Shown: piece by piece, positions 40,692 to 51,260 of the stretch
Layout: every line of letters begins with the position of its first letter
How positions within the stretch are numbered: position 1 is the first letter of the stretch
DNA from: Candidatus Omnitrophota bacterium
GTDB lineage: Bacteria; Ratteibacteria; UBA8468; MWAK01
Direction of reading: 5' to 3'
DNA length: 64,000 nt
NCBI GenBank assembly: GCA_043826355.1
Contig: JBDRQI010000004.1
Span: 32,001 to 96,000 of the forward strand
Translations under genes and position numbers: made by a program
The notes under the pieces: generated by a model
Database searches by the model: none
Told to the model about the DNA's origin: nothing
What the model saw: only the letters and a program-made list of their open reading frames with translations

Positions 40692-41068
40692 TCATTCAAA
40701 TTTGAATCCTTTTCGGAAGACTTCCAGGCACGCATCCACAACCTTCGGGTCATAAAGAACATTCTTCTTCTCCAATCATTATTCCATTCGCGGCACAAGG
40801 CAAACCCGTCCATTGCCGGCATCAGGATATCGGAGATGATCAGGTCCGGCGGGTCTTGCCGCGCCATGTCCAGCGCTTCGACGCCGTTGGAAGCGGCGGA
40901 AACCTCGTAGCCGTGGCCTTGCAGCAGAGCGCGCAGAAGGTAGATGTTTTCCTAAATCAGCGTCAGCTGCTCGTTCCAAAGCCGATGGTAGATAATTCCC
41001 CCGAAGGCGAGAAGGATGAAGGCCGAAGTTGAGGTGAAAATGACGAGCAGTTTCGTTTTGGGTTTCAT
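40692..41068 (-). pseudogene. Collapsed signalling locus: sensor N-terminus, receiver fragment and HD-GYP C-terminus
   Basis: MKPKTKLL..TM..stop, ENIYLL..PDLIISDILMPAMDG, then in a shifted frame LYDPKVVDACLEVF. Confidence 0.6.
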
Positions 41069-41352
41069 TCCGGTTCCCCACTTTTCTCCCGATTCTGGCG
41101 TCGGCAGTTGTATCTTTTCAGGATTTAGCGGAAGCACCGCATGATTCAAGTTTTCGCTTGGATACTAAATCTTACCACCTTGTTAAACCATGGCCAATGG
41201 TCTGCGGTCAAAAAGAATTGAGCCGGTGTGGTGGGCAAACAATCCGTTTTCCATCCAGGGTTAAAAATGGCTAAAATGTGTTATAATCAGATGACATCGT
41301 AAGTTCGGCGGACGCAGTCCGCCAAAAAGCTGCGAAAGAGGGCTACGCTCAA

Positions 41353-42603
41353 ATGATGAAAAAAGTATTCGGGCTGTTTTTTGTCGGACTGGCGTGCGTA
41401 ATTCTGTCCGGCAGAATGTTTTCGGCGGAGGTTTTCCGTAAACCGCCGGTCAAACTGGGCGTAGAGGTTCTTGTGGAAAAGAGGCCGGATTTACTGAAAG
41501 GCAAAAAGGCCGGCTTGATTACCAACCGGAGCGGAACGGACAGCCGCCTTAACTCTTCCATAGACCTTATTTACGGTATTCCGGGTGTAAAACTTGTCGC
41601 TCTTTATGCCCCGGAACACGGGATAAGGGGGGGTCTGATGGGCGAGGTTGAAAACGAAACAGACCAAAAGACAGGGATACCAGTCTTCAGCCTTTACGGA
41701 AAGACAAGAAGGCCCACCCGGCAAATGCTTAAGGATATTGAAGTCCTGCTTTTTGACATCCAGGATATCGGTTCCCGTTCATATACCTACATTACCACCC
41801 TGAAATATTGCATGGAGGAAGCCGCAAAGGAGCGGATACCGCTTATTATTTTAGACCGGCCCAATCCGGTGAACGGTCTTCTGGTCGATGGTCCGGTGCT
41901 GAATCCGGAATTCGAATCCTTCATCGGAGCCGGGCCGCTTGCCTACCTGCACGGGATGACCATCGGAGAAGTTGGCCGTTTTTTGAATGAAGAACTGCAG
42001 ATTAACTGTGAACTTGAAGTGGTATTGATGGAAGGGTGGCAGCGAAGCATGTCCTGGCGGGATACGGGCCTGTTTTGGACACCAACCTCGCCTCACATTC
42101 CGGAGATGGATACCGTCTGGTTTTACCCGATAACGGGTATCTTCGGGGAACTGTCCGTTGCGAGCGTGGGGGTGGGCTATACGCTTCCTTTTAAGATTGT
42201 AGGGTCGCCCTGGATGGACGCGGAAAAGGTTTCGGAGGAGTTAAACAAGCGCCATATCCCCGGCGTCTATTTTCAACCATTCAGTTTTGTGCCTTTCTAC
42301 GGTAAGTTTAAAGATGAGCCGTGCAACGGATTCCGAATTGTCATCCGGGATGAAACGTCATTTCGGCCAGTGGCAACCGGATATCATATTATTAATGCCC
42401 TGCTTAAACTCTATCCGGGAAATTTCAAATTTTCCAGTCCGGAAGTACGGAAGCGAACTGCCTCTTTTGACAAAGCCAACGGAACAGACAAAATCCGGCT
42501 TATGTTTGAAAAAAATATCCCGGCGGAAGATATTATTCGGAGTTACCAGGCGGAATTGAACGAGTTCCGCGGAAAAAGGCAGCGGTATCTTTTGTATGAA
42601 TAG
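41353..42603 (+). CDS. namZ: Exo-beta-N-acetylmuramidase NamZ (DUF1343)
   Basis: GLITN, PEHGIRG, SLYG, FDIQDIGSRSYTY, LDRPNP, HGMTIGE, TSPHIP. Confidence 0.88.
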   Translation: MMKKVFGLFFVGLACVILSGRMFSAEVFRKPPVKLGVEVLVEKRPDLLKGKKAGLITNRSGTDSRLNSSIDLIYGIPGVKLVALYAPEHGIRGGLMGEVENETDQKTGIPVFSLYGKTRRPTRQMLKDIEVLLFDIQDIGSRSYTYITTLKYCMEEAAKERIPLIILDRPNPVNGLLVDGPVLNPEFESFIGAGPLAYLHGMTIGEVGRFLNEELQINCELEVVLMEGWQRSMSWRDTGLFWTPTSPHIPEMDTVWFYPITGIFGELSVASVGVGYTLPFKIVGSPWMDAEKVSEELNKRHIPGVYFQPFSFVPFYGKFKDEPCNGFRIVIRDETSFRPVATGYHIINALLKLYPGNFKFSSPEVRKRTASFDKANGTDKIRLMFEKNIPAEDIIRSYQAELNEFRGKRQRYLLYE

Positions 42604-42614
42604 CCGGCAAACAG

Positions 42615-44495
42615 ATGAATGAAAGAGCAAAAAGATTTGTCAAACAGGAGAAAGAATTCCACCTTGGAAACCTGCCCACCGAACAATTCCATCCGGTAAC
42701 GAAAGAACTGAGCCGAGTTACCCTCGACAATCCCGGCGAAGCCGTAAAATTGTTACTAACCGTAGACCAGGATGTTGCCGTTCTCCTGGGCAAGGCGAAG
42801 ACAAGGAAGCACCTGGCAGATATAGCCGGTGAAATCGCCGGTACGATTTTTAATCGCGGGCGCGTATTTTTTACCGGCTGCGGAGCAACCGGGCGCCTGG
42901 CTATTCTGCTTGATGCCGGCTGGCGCAGATTCTGGCGCGAAATGAAGGAAAGAGAAACCTCCCTGACCAATAAGAATAATTTCCCTGATTTCGAAAACAG
43001 CGTGATAAGCGTTATGGCCGGCGGGGATTTTGCCCTGATAAAGTCGGTTGAAGGTTACGAAGATTTTACCGCTTTCGGCAGACGTCAGATGCAAGATGTG
43101 ACGGTTAACAAAAACGACCTGGTTGTAGCTGTTACCGAGGGTGGTGAAACCAGTTTTGTTATCGGCACTGCCTGGGCCGGCCTTCAAGCCGGCGCAAAAG
43201 TTTATTATGTTTATAATAATCCCGACCGGTCCCTGGTCAATATCCGGCGCTGTCGGGAAATCATCGAGGAAAAAGGCATAAAAAAAATATGCCTGGCGAC
43301 CGGACCAATGGCTGTCAGCGGTTCAACCCGGATGCAGGCAGTCAGCGCAGAACTGGCTGTTTTGGGCGGAGCCATGGAAATTGCGATACAGCGCATACTT
43401 TCCGTCTGTTCCGATAATGCTGATTTTCCGCGTTTTGACATAACCGGAAACCCGGCCGGAACACTGGCCACCCTTTCTTCTTTAATCAAAAAACTCCTTT
43501 CGGAAGAAAACGTTAAAAACATAACCCGGCTGGTCCTTTTCGAAAAGGGCATTTATGAAAAACGCGGGCTGGTCACGTATCTGGCCGATAAATACAGTCT
43601 CGATGTAATAACAGACACCACCGAACGTTCGCCGACTTTCCTGGTTCCGCCTTTCCGGAAAACCGGCGATTCGGCTTCACCACCTTCCTGGGCTTTTGTC
43701 GTCCGCCCGGAAAAATCCAGTCAAAAGGCCTGGAATAACCTTCTCCAGAGGGATTTCAACGAAGTAAAATGGTCGCGGGAAGAGATTGACCGGATGCTGC
43801 GGGGTAAAGCAGGCATGCAGAAGAAATTCCCGAGGCTTGACCGGGAAGAGATACTGCGTTTTGACATCAGCCGGAACGGTTTGAAGAAGAGAATGCGCGC
43901 CAAGTCGGATGGTTTGATTGCATTCCTGGCCGGGGACGAAATAGAAAAGAAGGATTTTTTCCAGCCGTATCTTTCCGCCTTCAGAACCGCGGCAAAAAAA
44001 GGGGGACAGACCGCCGTATTTTTTTTAGGGACAAGGGAACAGAAGCGACGACTCCGGAAGAGCCTCCGTAATCTCGGCGTAAAAACGAGCTTTTTTACGG
44101 TAACGGTGCCGCTGTCCGGAGGTTACCTGGGAATCCCGGAACACCTTGCCTTAAAAATGTTTTTGAATGCTGTTTCAACCCTCACCATGGTTCTGATGGG
44201 AAGGGTGCTGGGCAATATGATGATTTTTGTATCGCCCGGCAACAAAAAACTTTACGACCGGGCCACGCGCTACGTATCTCAGCTGACAGGTCAACCTTAC
44301 CCGGCTTCATGCTCAGCTTTTTTTCGTTCGTTGGATTTTGTTAAGGAACAGTTTTCTTCAGGATGCGGGGTCTCTTCGCCGGTTTTACTGGCATCAATCT
44401 GCCTCAAAAAAAAGTGTTTGCCGGAAGAAGCGGAGTCAATTCTGAAAAAAAGCAGGATAAGTCTTACAACATCCGGGAAAATCTGCGGGATATAA
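42615..44495 (+). CDS. Extended SIS-domain protein (MurQ/glucokinase regulator-like)
   Basis: LPTEQ, GCGATGRL, VEGYED, GSTRMQA, KMFLNAVSTLTMV.MG.V.GN.M. Confidence 0.75.
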   Translation: MNERAKRFVKQEKEFHLGNLPTEQFHPVTKELSRVTLDNPGEAVKLLLTVDQDVAVLLGKAKTRKHLADIAGEIAGTIFNRGRVFFTGCGATGRLAILLDAGWRRFWREMKERETSLTNKNNFPDFENSVISVMAGGDFALIKSVEGYEDFTAFGRRQMQDVTVNKNDLVVAVTEGGETSFVIGTAWAGLQAGAKVYYVYNNPDRSLVNIRRCREIIEEKGIKKICLATGPMAVSGSTRMQAVSAELAVLGGAMEIAIQRILSVCSDNADFPRFDITGNPAGTLATLSSLIKKLLSEENVKNITRLVLFEKGIYEKRGLVTYLADKYSLDVITDTTERSPTFLVPPFRKTGDSASPPSWAFVVRPEKSSQKAWNNLLQRDFNEVKWSREEIDRMLRGKAGMQKKFPRLDREEILRFDISRNGLKKRMRAKSDGLIAFLAGDEIEKKDFFQPYLSAFRTAAKKGGQTAVFFLGTREQKRRLRKSLRNLGVKTSFFTVTVPLSGGYLGIPEHLALKMFLNAVSTLTMVLMGRVLGNMMIFVSPGNKKLYDRATRYVSQLTGQPYPASCSAFFRSLDFVKEQFSSGCGVSSPVLLASICLKKKCLPEEAESILKKSRISLTTSGKICGI

Positions 44496-44684
44496 ACGGG
44501 GTATCGGGTGATGATAAACAGTGACATTTCGAACATCCAGGGGTGTCGCGAAGTCCGCTGAGAGATTCCTAAAGTTGTTTTTGCGAAGGCGAGTAATCTT
44601 TCTCGGCAGAACCCCTTGGCTATTGGACAGATAGAACGGAAAAGAGGTATAATAACAATTTTAGTTAATAACAGGGAGGACGGG

Positions 44685-44891
44685 ATGCATACGGGAAAAA
44701 TAAAGAAATTGGTGCGGGACAGAGGATTTGGATTTATTGCTGACACGGACGGTAAAGAGGTATTTTTCCATCAAACAAGTCTGGTGGAAACAACCTTTGA
44801 TGCGTTGAACGAAGACCAGGCGGTGGAGTTTGAGGTCGAGAAATCGGATAAAGGGCCGCGTGCCGTTAACGTGCGCGTTGTCCAGCAATAA
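44685..44891 (+). CDS. Cold-shock domain protein
   Basis: RGFGFI, VFFH, KGPRAVNV. Confidence 0.92.
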   Translation: MHTGKIKKLVRDRGFGFIADTDGKEVFFHQTSLVETTFDALNEDQAVEFEVEKSDKGPRAVNVRVVQQ

Positions 44892-44934
44892 TTTCTGCCG
44901 GGAGGAGACTACCCTCCCTCCTTTTTTTTGGTCA

Positions 44935-45129
44935 TTATGTTTCCGAACGGCCTTTTTTCCAGGCCCAGCGAAAAGATTTCCAAGTAAACGTTTCCTTTCG
45001 GCGTTTTTTTTCGTGGTAAAGATAGGGCTTGCCGTACGGGTCTATGACCGCCTCTTTTATTTCCAGCGTGAAGTTTTCGTTTACGAAAAACGCCGGAATG
45101 CCCCGCCTTGCAGGCGGGGCATTCTTCAT
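44935..45129 (-). CDS. Small hypothetical protein
   Basis: GGAGG RBS before the ATG; no recognised motif. Confidence 0.3.
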   Translation of the reverse strand: MKNAPPARRGIPAFFVNENFTLEIKEAVIDPYGKPYLYHEKKRRKETFTWKSFRWAWKKGRSET

Positions 45130-45317
45130 TTTTTGCCTCCACCATCACCCTACCAATGATATCGGTAAAAGTCAAATTATTATTTTTCCTCCCGGGCGGT
45201 TGGTGCGCGTTGACACCGTCAAGATTATTATGCTAGGATTAAAGTGTAATGCGCCAGTAAATTAGTACGATACAAGCAGTTTTTGATTTTTAAGCACGGA
45301 AGAAGGGGGCACCCACC

Positions 45318-45755
45318 ATGGGATTATTTAGAAAAGCAGCTGCTGAAGGTACAACCGGCGGATTTAAGATTGTGGCGGCTGACGATGAAGCCGACATCCG
45401 GACCATACTTCAGAAAGGGTTGGAAATGGCGGGCCACAAGGTAATTTCGGCGGTTGACGGCGAAGATGCTTTACAGAAGATTAAGGATGAAAAACCCGAC
45501 TTGGTAATACTTGATATCAGGATGCCCAAAATTGACGGCATTCAGGCCCTTCAGGCAATCAAGAAGGACCCCTCCACCCGAAAGCTGCCGGTGATAATGC
45601 TTACCGGTAATTCGTCGGATGAAGACCTGCTTAAAGGTTATATGTATGGCGCCGATTATTACATTACAAAGCCATTCCGGATCCAAACCATCCTGAACGG
45701 AATTGCCCTGATATTTAAACCGGACCCCAACCGGCCGAAACGTTATTCAGTTTAG
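45318..45755 (+). CDS. Stand-alone response regulator receiver
   Basis: ADDE, LDIRMPKIDG, MLTG, YITKPF. Confidence 0.9.
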   Translation: MGLFRKAAAEGTTGGFKIVAADDEADIRTILQKGLEMAGHKVISAVDGEDALQKIKDEKPDLVILDIRMPKIDGIQALQAIKKDPSTRKLPVIMLTGNSSDEDLLKGYMYGADYYITKPFRIQTILNGIALIFKPDPNRPKRYSV

Positions 45756-45952
45756 GTTCACCCCACCCACGTCTTCCCCATTTCTCCAGCGCTTCGGAAA
45801 GGGCGCCTGCGTCTTCAATGGCGTTGTAATCCATCCTTTTTGCGTTTCCTGCCAAAACTGTTTTGCCGGTATTAATTCCGCCGTAAGATTAGATTTGATT
45901 TTTGTAAAACGTTAAAGTATAATTTTATTAATAATACAAAGGGAGGTGGCTT

Positions 45953-46117
45953 ATGTTTGGTTTTGCGGATATCTGGGTTGCTCTGGCTTACCTGGGTTGT
46001 ATCTTAAGCGCGCTGCTTTGCGTTCTTTACGGCGTGTGGCACTGGAACACAGACGATGAAATGCCCGCATCCGTCCATCCGGCCGGCGAAAAAATTGATT
46101 TTGAGGAGACGGTATAA
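45953..46117 (+). CDS. Small symporter accessory membrane protein (54 aa, not in the ORF track)
   Basis: GGAGG RBS; MFGFADIWVALAYLGCILSALLCVLYGVWHWN; directly upstream of the SSS transporter. Confidence 0.8.
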   Translation: MFGFADIWVALAYLGCILSALLCVLYGVWHWNTDDEMPASVHPAGEKIDFEETV

Positions 46118-46158
46118 CGCGATATAAGGGAACCCGTAAAAAAACAGATAAGGTTTTT

Positions 46159-46209
46159 GTAGGGGCGGGGTTGCATCCCCGTCCGCTGTAGCGCGACCCT
46201 TCAGGGTCG
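46159..46209. repeat. GTAG-type REP-like hairpins
   Basis: GTAGGGGCGGGG..CCCCG plus GCGACCC..GGGTCG. Confidence 0.7.
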
Positions 46210-46223
46210 TTTCGGGAGGAAAA

Positions 46224-47864
46224 ATGAATTTTGAGATTTTGGCGATTGTGATTGGGGTTTACGCCCTGGTAATCGGTTATCTTGGATGGCTGGGATACCA
46301 GAGAACCAAAAACGCCGCGGATTACCTGGTCGGCGGCCGGGAAATTCACCCGATGCTGATGGCGCTGGCATACGGCAGCACCTTCATCAGCACTTCGGCG
46401 ATCGTTGGTTTTGGGGGTGCAGCCGGCCTTTTCGGTATGGGTCTACTCTGGTTGACTTTCCTGAATATTTTTGCCGGAATCTTCCTGGCTTTTGCTTTTT
46501 TCGGCCGGCCGACAAGACGAATCGGCGCGCGGCTGGATGCGCATACCTTCCCGGAGTTAATCGCGCGGCGGTTTCAGTCGCGTTTCATTCAGGGTTTTGC
46601 CGGTACGGTAATTATGTTTTTGATGCCGTTATACGCCGCGGCGGTTATGATTGGCGGCGCCCGTTTCCTGGAGGTACAACTCCATCTTAATTATTCGCTT
46701 GCTCTCTTCATCTTTGCGATAGTTGTAGTGGCCTATGTATTCTTCGGCGGTTTGAAGGGCGTAATCTACACGGATGCGTTTCAAGGGTCTTTGATGTTTG
46801 TCGGCATGTTCATTCTGCTGGTCTGGACCTACGCAAACGTCGGCGGACTCAGCGCCCACCGGGAACTGACCAACTTAGCAAGCCAGGTGCCCGCCGGTCT
46901 GGTGGCTGCCGGTCACCGGGGGTGGACGGCTATGCCGGTCTTTGGCTCGCCTCTTTGGTGGCAATTGGTTTCTACCATAATTCTGGGCGTGGGAATCGGG
47001 GTTATGGCCCAACCCCAGTTGTCGGTGCGCTTTATGACCGTGAAGAGCGGCAAGGAGTTGAACCGGGCCCTTATCCCGGGCGGTATCTTCATTTTGGCGA
47101 TGACCGGAATCGCTTTTACGGTAGGTGCGCTTACCAACCTCTATTTCTGGAAGGTCTTCGGCAAGGTTTCAATCGCGATGGTGATGGAACAGGTATCCGC
47201 CGGCGTGATGAAGCCCAACATTGACAAGATAATTCCAACCTACATCAATGTGGCTATGCCGGAATGGTTCGGCTATCTTTTTATGATTACGTTATTGGCG
47301 GCCGCGATGTCTACCCTCAGCGGGCAATTTCACGCCATCGGGACTTCGGCGGGCCGTGACCTGTATCAGCAGGCGATTGCTAACGGCCGGCACCAGCAGC
47401 GAACCGTTCCCATCGCCAAGATGGGAATACTCTTCGCTTTTATTCTGACCATGCTCCTCTCTTTTAAGTTGGAGCCGGGCATTGTCGCAATCGCCACCGC
47501 GCTCTTCTTCGGAATGTGCGCGGCCGCTTTCCTGCCGGCTTATGTTTCCGCTCTATTCTGGAAACGGGCCAGCCGGGCCGGCGTAATCAGCGGGATGCTT
47601 ACCGGTTTTGGTACCTGGGCGCTCTGGGTAATGTTCATGCACGAAAAGGAGTCGGCCGCCCTCGGAATCTGCAAGAGATTGTTTGCCGTATCCAGTCTCG
47701 TTGCCGGAAAGACCTGGGCGATGGTTGACCCTATCCTTATCGGTTTGCCTCTTGCGGCGCTGGTAACAATCACCGTATCCCTGCTTACCAAACCGATGCC
47801 AACGGAACTCATCAGCCGGTGTTTCGGCCCAACCGCAAAAACAGCAACTGCTCCAAAAGAATGA
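46224..47864 (+). CDS. Sodium:solute symporter
   Basis: DYLVGGR, GGLKGVIYTD, QPQL..RF, AAAMSTL. Confidence 0.92.
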   Translation: MNFEILAIVIGVYALVIGYLGWLGYQRTKNAADYLVGGREIHPMLMALAYGSTFISTSAIVGFGGAAGLFGMGLLWLTFLNIFAGIFLAFAFFGRPTRRIGARLDAHTFPELIARRFQSRFIQGFAGTVIMFLMPLYAAAVMIGGARFLEVQLHLNYSLALFIFAIVVVAYVFFGGLKGVIYTDAFQGSLMFVGMFILLVWTYANVGGLSAHRELTNLASQVPAGLVAAGHRGWTAMPVFGSPLWWQLVSTIILGVGIGVMAQPQLSVRFMTVKSGKELNRALIPGGIFILAMTGIAFTVGALTNLYFWKVFGKVSIAMVMEQVSAGVMKPNIDKIIPTYINVAMPEWFGYLFMITLLAAAMSTLSGQFHAIGTSAGRDLYQQAIANGRHQQRTVPIAKMGILFAFILTMLLSFKLEPGIVAIATALFFGMCAAAFLPAYVSALFWKRASRAGVISGMLTGFGTWALWVMFMHEKESAALGICKRLFAVSSLVAGKTWAMVDPILIGLPLAALVTITVSLLTKPMPTELISRCFGPTAKTATAPKE

Positions 47865-48442
47865 GGCCGGTTACCAGCGTTTTGTTTTCCGGGGTGGGGG
47901 GCCAGGGGATTATCCTGGCCAGTAAAGTTCTGGCGAGATGCGCCTTTGACTGCGGCTATATGGTTAAAGAAAGCGAGATGCACGGAATGGCCCAGCGGGG
48001 CGGAAGCGTAACCGGCCACGTCCGATTCGGAAAGGAGGTTTCCTCCCCTTTAATTCCAAAAGGAGGCGCCGATTGCCTGGTTGCCATGGAGGAGCTGGAG
48101 GGGTTGCGGAATGCGGATTACCTTAAACCAAAAGGCAGGATAATTTTTAACAGGCGCAAGGTATCGCCTTCTTTTCTTAAACCGGGCGTTGATTACCCGG
48201 AAGATATTAAATTTCGTCTGGATTCGCTTGGTTTTCAGGTTGCAGAGATTGATGCGTTGAAGATGGCGAAGCGACTGAGCAATTTTCGGGTTGAAAACCT
48301 GGTCCTGCTGGGCGCACTTTCCCGATATCTTTCCCTGTCTCTTTCTGCCTGGACGGACGCTGTCAAGGAATCGGTTCCAATAAAGACAGTTGAGCTAAAT
48401 CTGGCCGCATTTAAGATGGGCCGTGATTTTGTGACACAGTAG
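47861..48442 (+). CDS. iorB: Indolepyruvate:ferredoxin oxidoreductase beta subunit
   Basis: GVGGQGIILAS, HGMAQRGGSV. Confidence 0.9.
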   Translation: MRPVTSVLFSGVGGQGIILASKVLARCAFDCGYMVKESEMHGMAQRGGSVTGHVRFGKEVSSPLIPKGGADCLVAMEELEGLRNADYLKPKGRIIFNRRKVSPSFLKPGVDYPEDIKFRLDSLGFQVAEIDALKMAKRLSNFRVENLVLLGALSRYLSLSLSAWTDAVKESVPIKTVELNLAAFKMGRDFVTQ

Positions 48443-48614
48443 GACAGTCGTTCCGCCTGTTATTATGATGTCATCCTGGACCGAGCTTGTCATCCTGAGT
48501 GAAACGAAGGATCTCGCTTTTTAAGGATTGGATCCTTTGCTAACGCTCAAGGATGACAAATTACGTCGGATTCTTCGCTTGCGTTCAGAATGACATAAAT
48601 TGTTCAGAATGACA
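48439..48614. repeat. REP cluster (GTAG and GTCAT families)
   Basis: GTAGGACAG..CTGT followed by multiple TGTCATCCTG / GAATGACA units. Confidence 0.8.
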
Positions 48615-48645
48615 AATGGTTGTTTGTATGAAAAAGGAGGGTTCA

Positions 48646-49956
48646 ATGTTGAGAAAATTAGCTGTGTTGCTTTTTGGGGTATTGTTAGAAAGTACTTCCT
48701 GGGCGACCCTGGTATCTGCGGATTCAAATTTTGATTACGGTTTTTATCTGCGGTTGAGGCAGGAGTATATGGGTGACGTAGTTGACCTTAATTCCGGAAC
48801 AGGAGTGAACGACAATTTTTTCCGGGCGAAGGCCTCTCTCTGGGGAAAACTGGACTTTAATAAGGAAAAGAACGTTTCCCTCTTCATTAAATTGACCTCG
48901 GAACCAAAATACTACATTGACCACGGCACGCTTGACGGGTATGTCAGGGATGAGATATTTTTTGATAACCTCTACCTGGACATAAAGGATATATTTGGTT
49001 CACCTTTAAGTTTAAGAATCGGACGCCAGGATTTTCTCGGGACTTTCGGGGAAGGTTTGTTGATTATGGATGGTAATCCCCTGGATGGCTCCCGGAGTTT
49101 TTATTTCAACGCCATAAAAGCCACCTGGAAGATTAATGAAAAAAACTCGCTGGATTTCGTTTACATCAACAACCCGCATGACGATGAATTTCTGCCGGTC
49201 GTTGACAAAATCCCGCCGGAACAGTCGCTGACTTCTTCCGACGAAGAGGGTTTTGTCCTTTACAGCCGGAACAAGGTTAACGACTATTTTTCCCTGGAAC
49301 CTTACTATATCTACAAAACGGAAGCCCCAATCGGCGTCGTGCCGGAACTGGCGGTAAATACGGTCGGACTCCGGGCGGTTTACGGCCGCAACGACTGGAA
49401 ACTGCGGGGAGAGTTTGCCCACCAATTCGGAGAATATGAAGGCGGCAGAAATCGGGAAGCAAACGGCGGTTACCTATTCTTAAGCCGCAAGTTTAAAGAC
49501 GCTCCCCTCAGCCCGGAAATAAACGCCGGCTATGTCTATTTGTCCGGCGACGACGCTGTTTCCGCGGCTCATGAAGGTTGGAACCCGCTCTTTTCAAGGT
49601 TTCCCTTCTTAAGCGAACTATACATCTTTACTTATATCACCGAACCCAACGCCGGGGTGGCTTACTGGACGAACCTCCAGGCGTATCGCGCCGGCGTGAA
49701 GGTCAATTTTAACCCCAAGGCGAACCTGTCTCTTTGTTATAACTATCTTCTGGCCAACGAACAAGTCGCGACCGGCGGTATATTCTCCGGTGATGGCAAA
49801 GAGCGGGGCCATCTTTATCAGGCCACCCTTGGTTATGCGTTCAATAAAAATATCGACGGTCTTCTGCTGGCGGAATATTTTTTGCCGGGAGATTTTTACG
49901 ACAAGACCGCAGATGAAGCCGTTTTTCTGAGATGGCAGCTCCAGTTCAAATTTTAA
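48646..49956 (+). CDS. Alginate-export-family outer membrane beta-barrel
   Basis: Signal peptide, LRIGRQD, YLSGDD, C-terminal WQLQFKF. Confidence 0.75.
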   Translation: MLRKLAVLLFGVLLESTSWATLVSADSNFDYGFYLRLRQEYMGDVVDLNSGTGVNDNFFRAKASLWGKLDFNKEKNVSLFIKLTSEPKYYIDHGTLDGYVRDEIFFDNLYLDIKDIFGSPLSLRIGRQDFLGTFGEGLLIMDGNPLDGSRSFYFNAIKATWKINEKNSLDFVYINNPHDDEFLPVVDKIPPEQSLTSSDEEGFVLYSRNKVNDYFSLEPYYIYKTEAPIGVVPELAVNTVGLRAVYGRNDWKLRGEFAHQFGEYEGGRNREANGGYLFLSRKFKDAPLSPEINAGYVYLSGDDAVSAAHEGWNPLFSRFPFLSELYIFTYITEPNAGVAYWTNLQAYRAGVKVNFNPKANLSLCYNYLLANEQVATGGIFSGDGKERGHLYQATLGYAFNKNIDGLLLAEYFLPGDFYDKTADEAVFLRWQLQFKF

Positions 49957-49958
49957 AA

Positions 49959-51251
49959 ATGTTCTGGCAAAAAGAGATAGAGACGCTGAGCCGCCGGCAG
50001 CTGGAAGCGTTACAGTTGAAGCGGTTGCAAAATACCGCCGGCCGGGTAGTAAAGGCCGTGCCTTTTTGTCGGGAAAGATTTACTAACTGCCGATTGAAAC
50101 CGCAGGATATTAAATCCCTGAAGGATATCGAACGCCTTCCTTTTACCATCCGCGAAGATTTACAGGCAAATTTTCCCTTCGGACTGTTGTCTGTTCCGAG
50201 GGAAAAAGTACTGCGCCTCCACACCAGCAGCGGGACTACCGGTAAACCTAAGGCAATCTTTTTCACCAAACGGGATATTAATCAGGTTGCCGAATTGATT
50301 GCCCGATGTCTGGTAATGACCGGAGTCACCCGGGGCGATGTGCTTCAGAATATGATGACCTACGGTCTGTTCACCGGCGCCCTGATGATGCACTACGGAG
50401 CGGAAAAGGTGGGAATGTTTGTAATTCCCGCCGGTCCGGGCAATACTGAACGCCAGATAGAATTGATGCAGGATTTCAAGAGTACCACTCTTCATCTCAC
50501 CCCCAGTTATGCCCTTTATCTTTTCGATGTGATGGCCGGAAAGGGGATAGACCCCCGGAAAGACCTCTCTCTCCGCCGGGCTTACGTTGGTGCGGAACCG
50601 TACTCGGAAGAGACCCGGCAGAAGATTGAAAATATTTTAGGGATAGACGTCTATAATTCTTACGGTTTAACCGAGATGAACGGACCCGGCGTTGCTTTTG
50701 AGTGTCGGGAAAAGGACGGAATGCACTTGTGGGAGGATAATTTCCTGATGGAGATAATTAACCCCAAGACCGGCGAAATCCTTCCGGAGGGGAGCGAAGG
50801 GGAACTGGTGCTCACCACCCTCTGTCGGGAGGCGATGCCCATTATGCGCTACCGCACCAGGGACATTACCGCAATTATGCCCGGAAAATGCCGTTGCGGA
50901 AGAACCCATCGGCGAATTGTTCGCATTAAGGGCCGCTCGGATGACATGTTCATTATTCGGGGCATCAATATTTTTCCGCAGCAGGTGGAGCGGGTATTGA
51001 TGAGTGTCAGGGGTGTGGCTCAGAATTACCAGATAGTTCTCCAATCCCTGGACCAGATGATCGTGAAAGTGGAGATAACAAGAGATATTTTTGACGGTAA
51101 CATGGAACATTTGGTGAGGTTAAGGTCTGAGATTGTGGATAAATTAAGAGCGACAATTAGCATCAAGCCGAAGGTTGACCTGGTGGAACCGGGTACTTTG
51201 CCTGTGAGTGAAGGAAAGGCAAAGCGGGTTATCGACCAGCGGTCTCTATAG
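49959..51251 (+). CDS. paaK: Phenylacetate-CoA ligase family
   Basis: [44 protein letters not shown]. Confidence 0.88.
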   Translation: MFWQKEIETLSRRQLEALQLKRLQNTAGRVVKAVPFCRERFTNCRLKPQDIKSLKDIERLPFTIREDLQANFPFGLLSVPREKVLRLHTSSGTTGKPKAIFFTKRDINQVAELIARCLVMTGVTRGDVLQNMMTYGLFTGALMMHYGAEKVGMFVIPAGPGNTERQIELMQDFKSTTLHLTPSYALYLFDVMAGKGIDPRKDLSLRRAYVGAEPYSEETRQKIENILGIDVYNSYGLTEMNGPGVAFECREKDGMHLWEDNFLMEIINPKTGEILPEGSEGELVLTTLCREAMPIMRYRTRDITAIMPGKCRCGRTHRRIVRIKGRSDDMFIIRGINIFPQQVERVLMSVRGVAQNYQIVLQSLDQMIVKVEITRDIFDGNMEHLVRLRSEIVDKLRATISIKPKVDLVEPGTLPVSEGKAKRVIDQRSL

Positions 51252-51260
51252 GAGATGATA

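Noticed and set aside
45096..45124. Perfect 13 bp hairpin as an IS200/IS605 end
   Set aside because: No tnpA/tnpB or partner end nearby; it could be a terminator or a solo repeat
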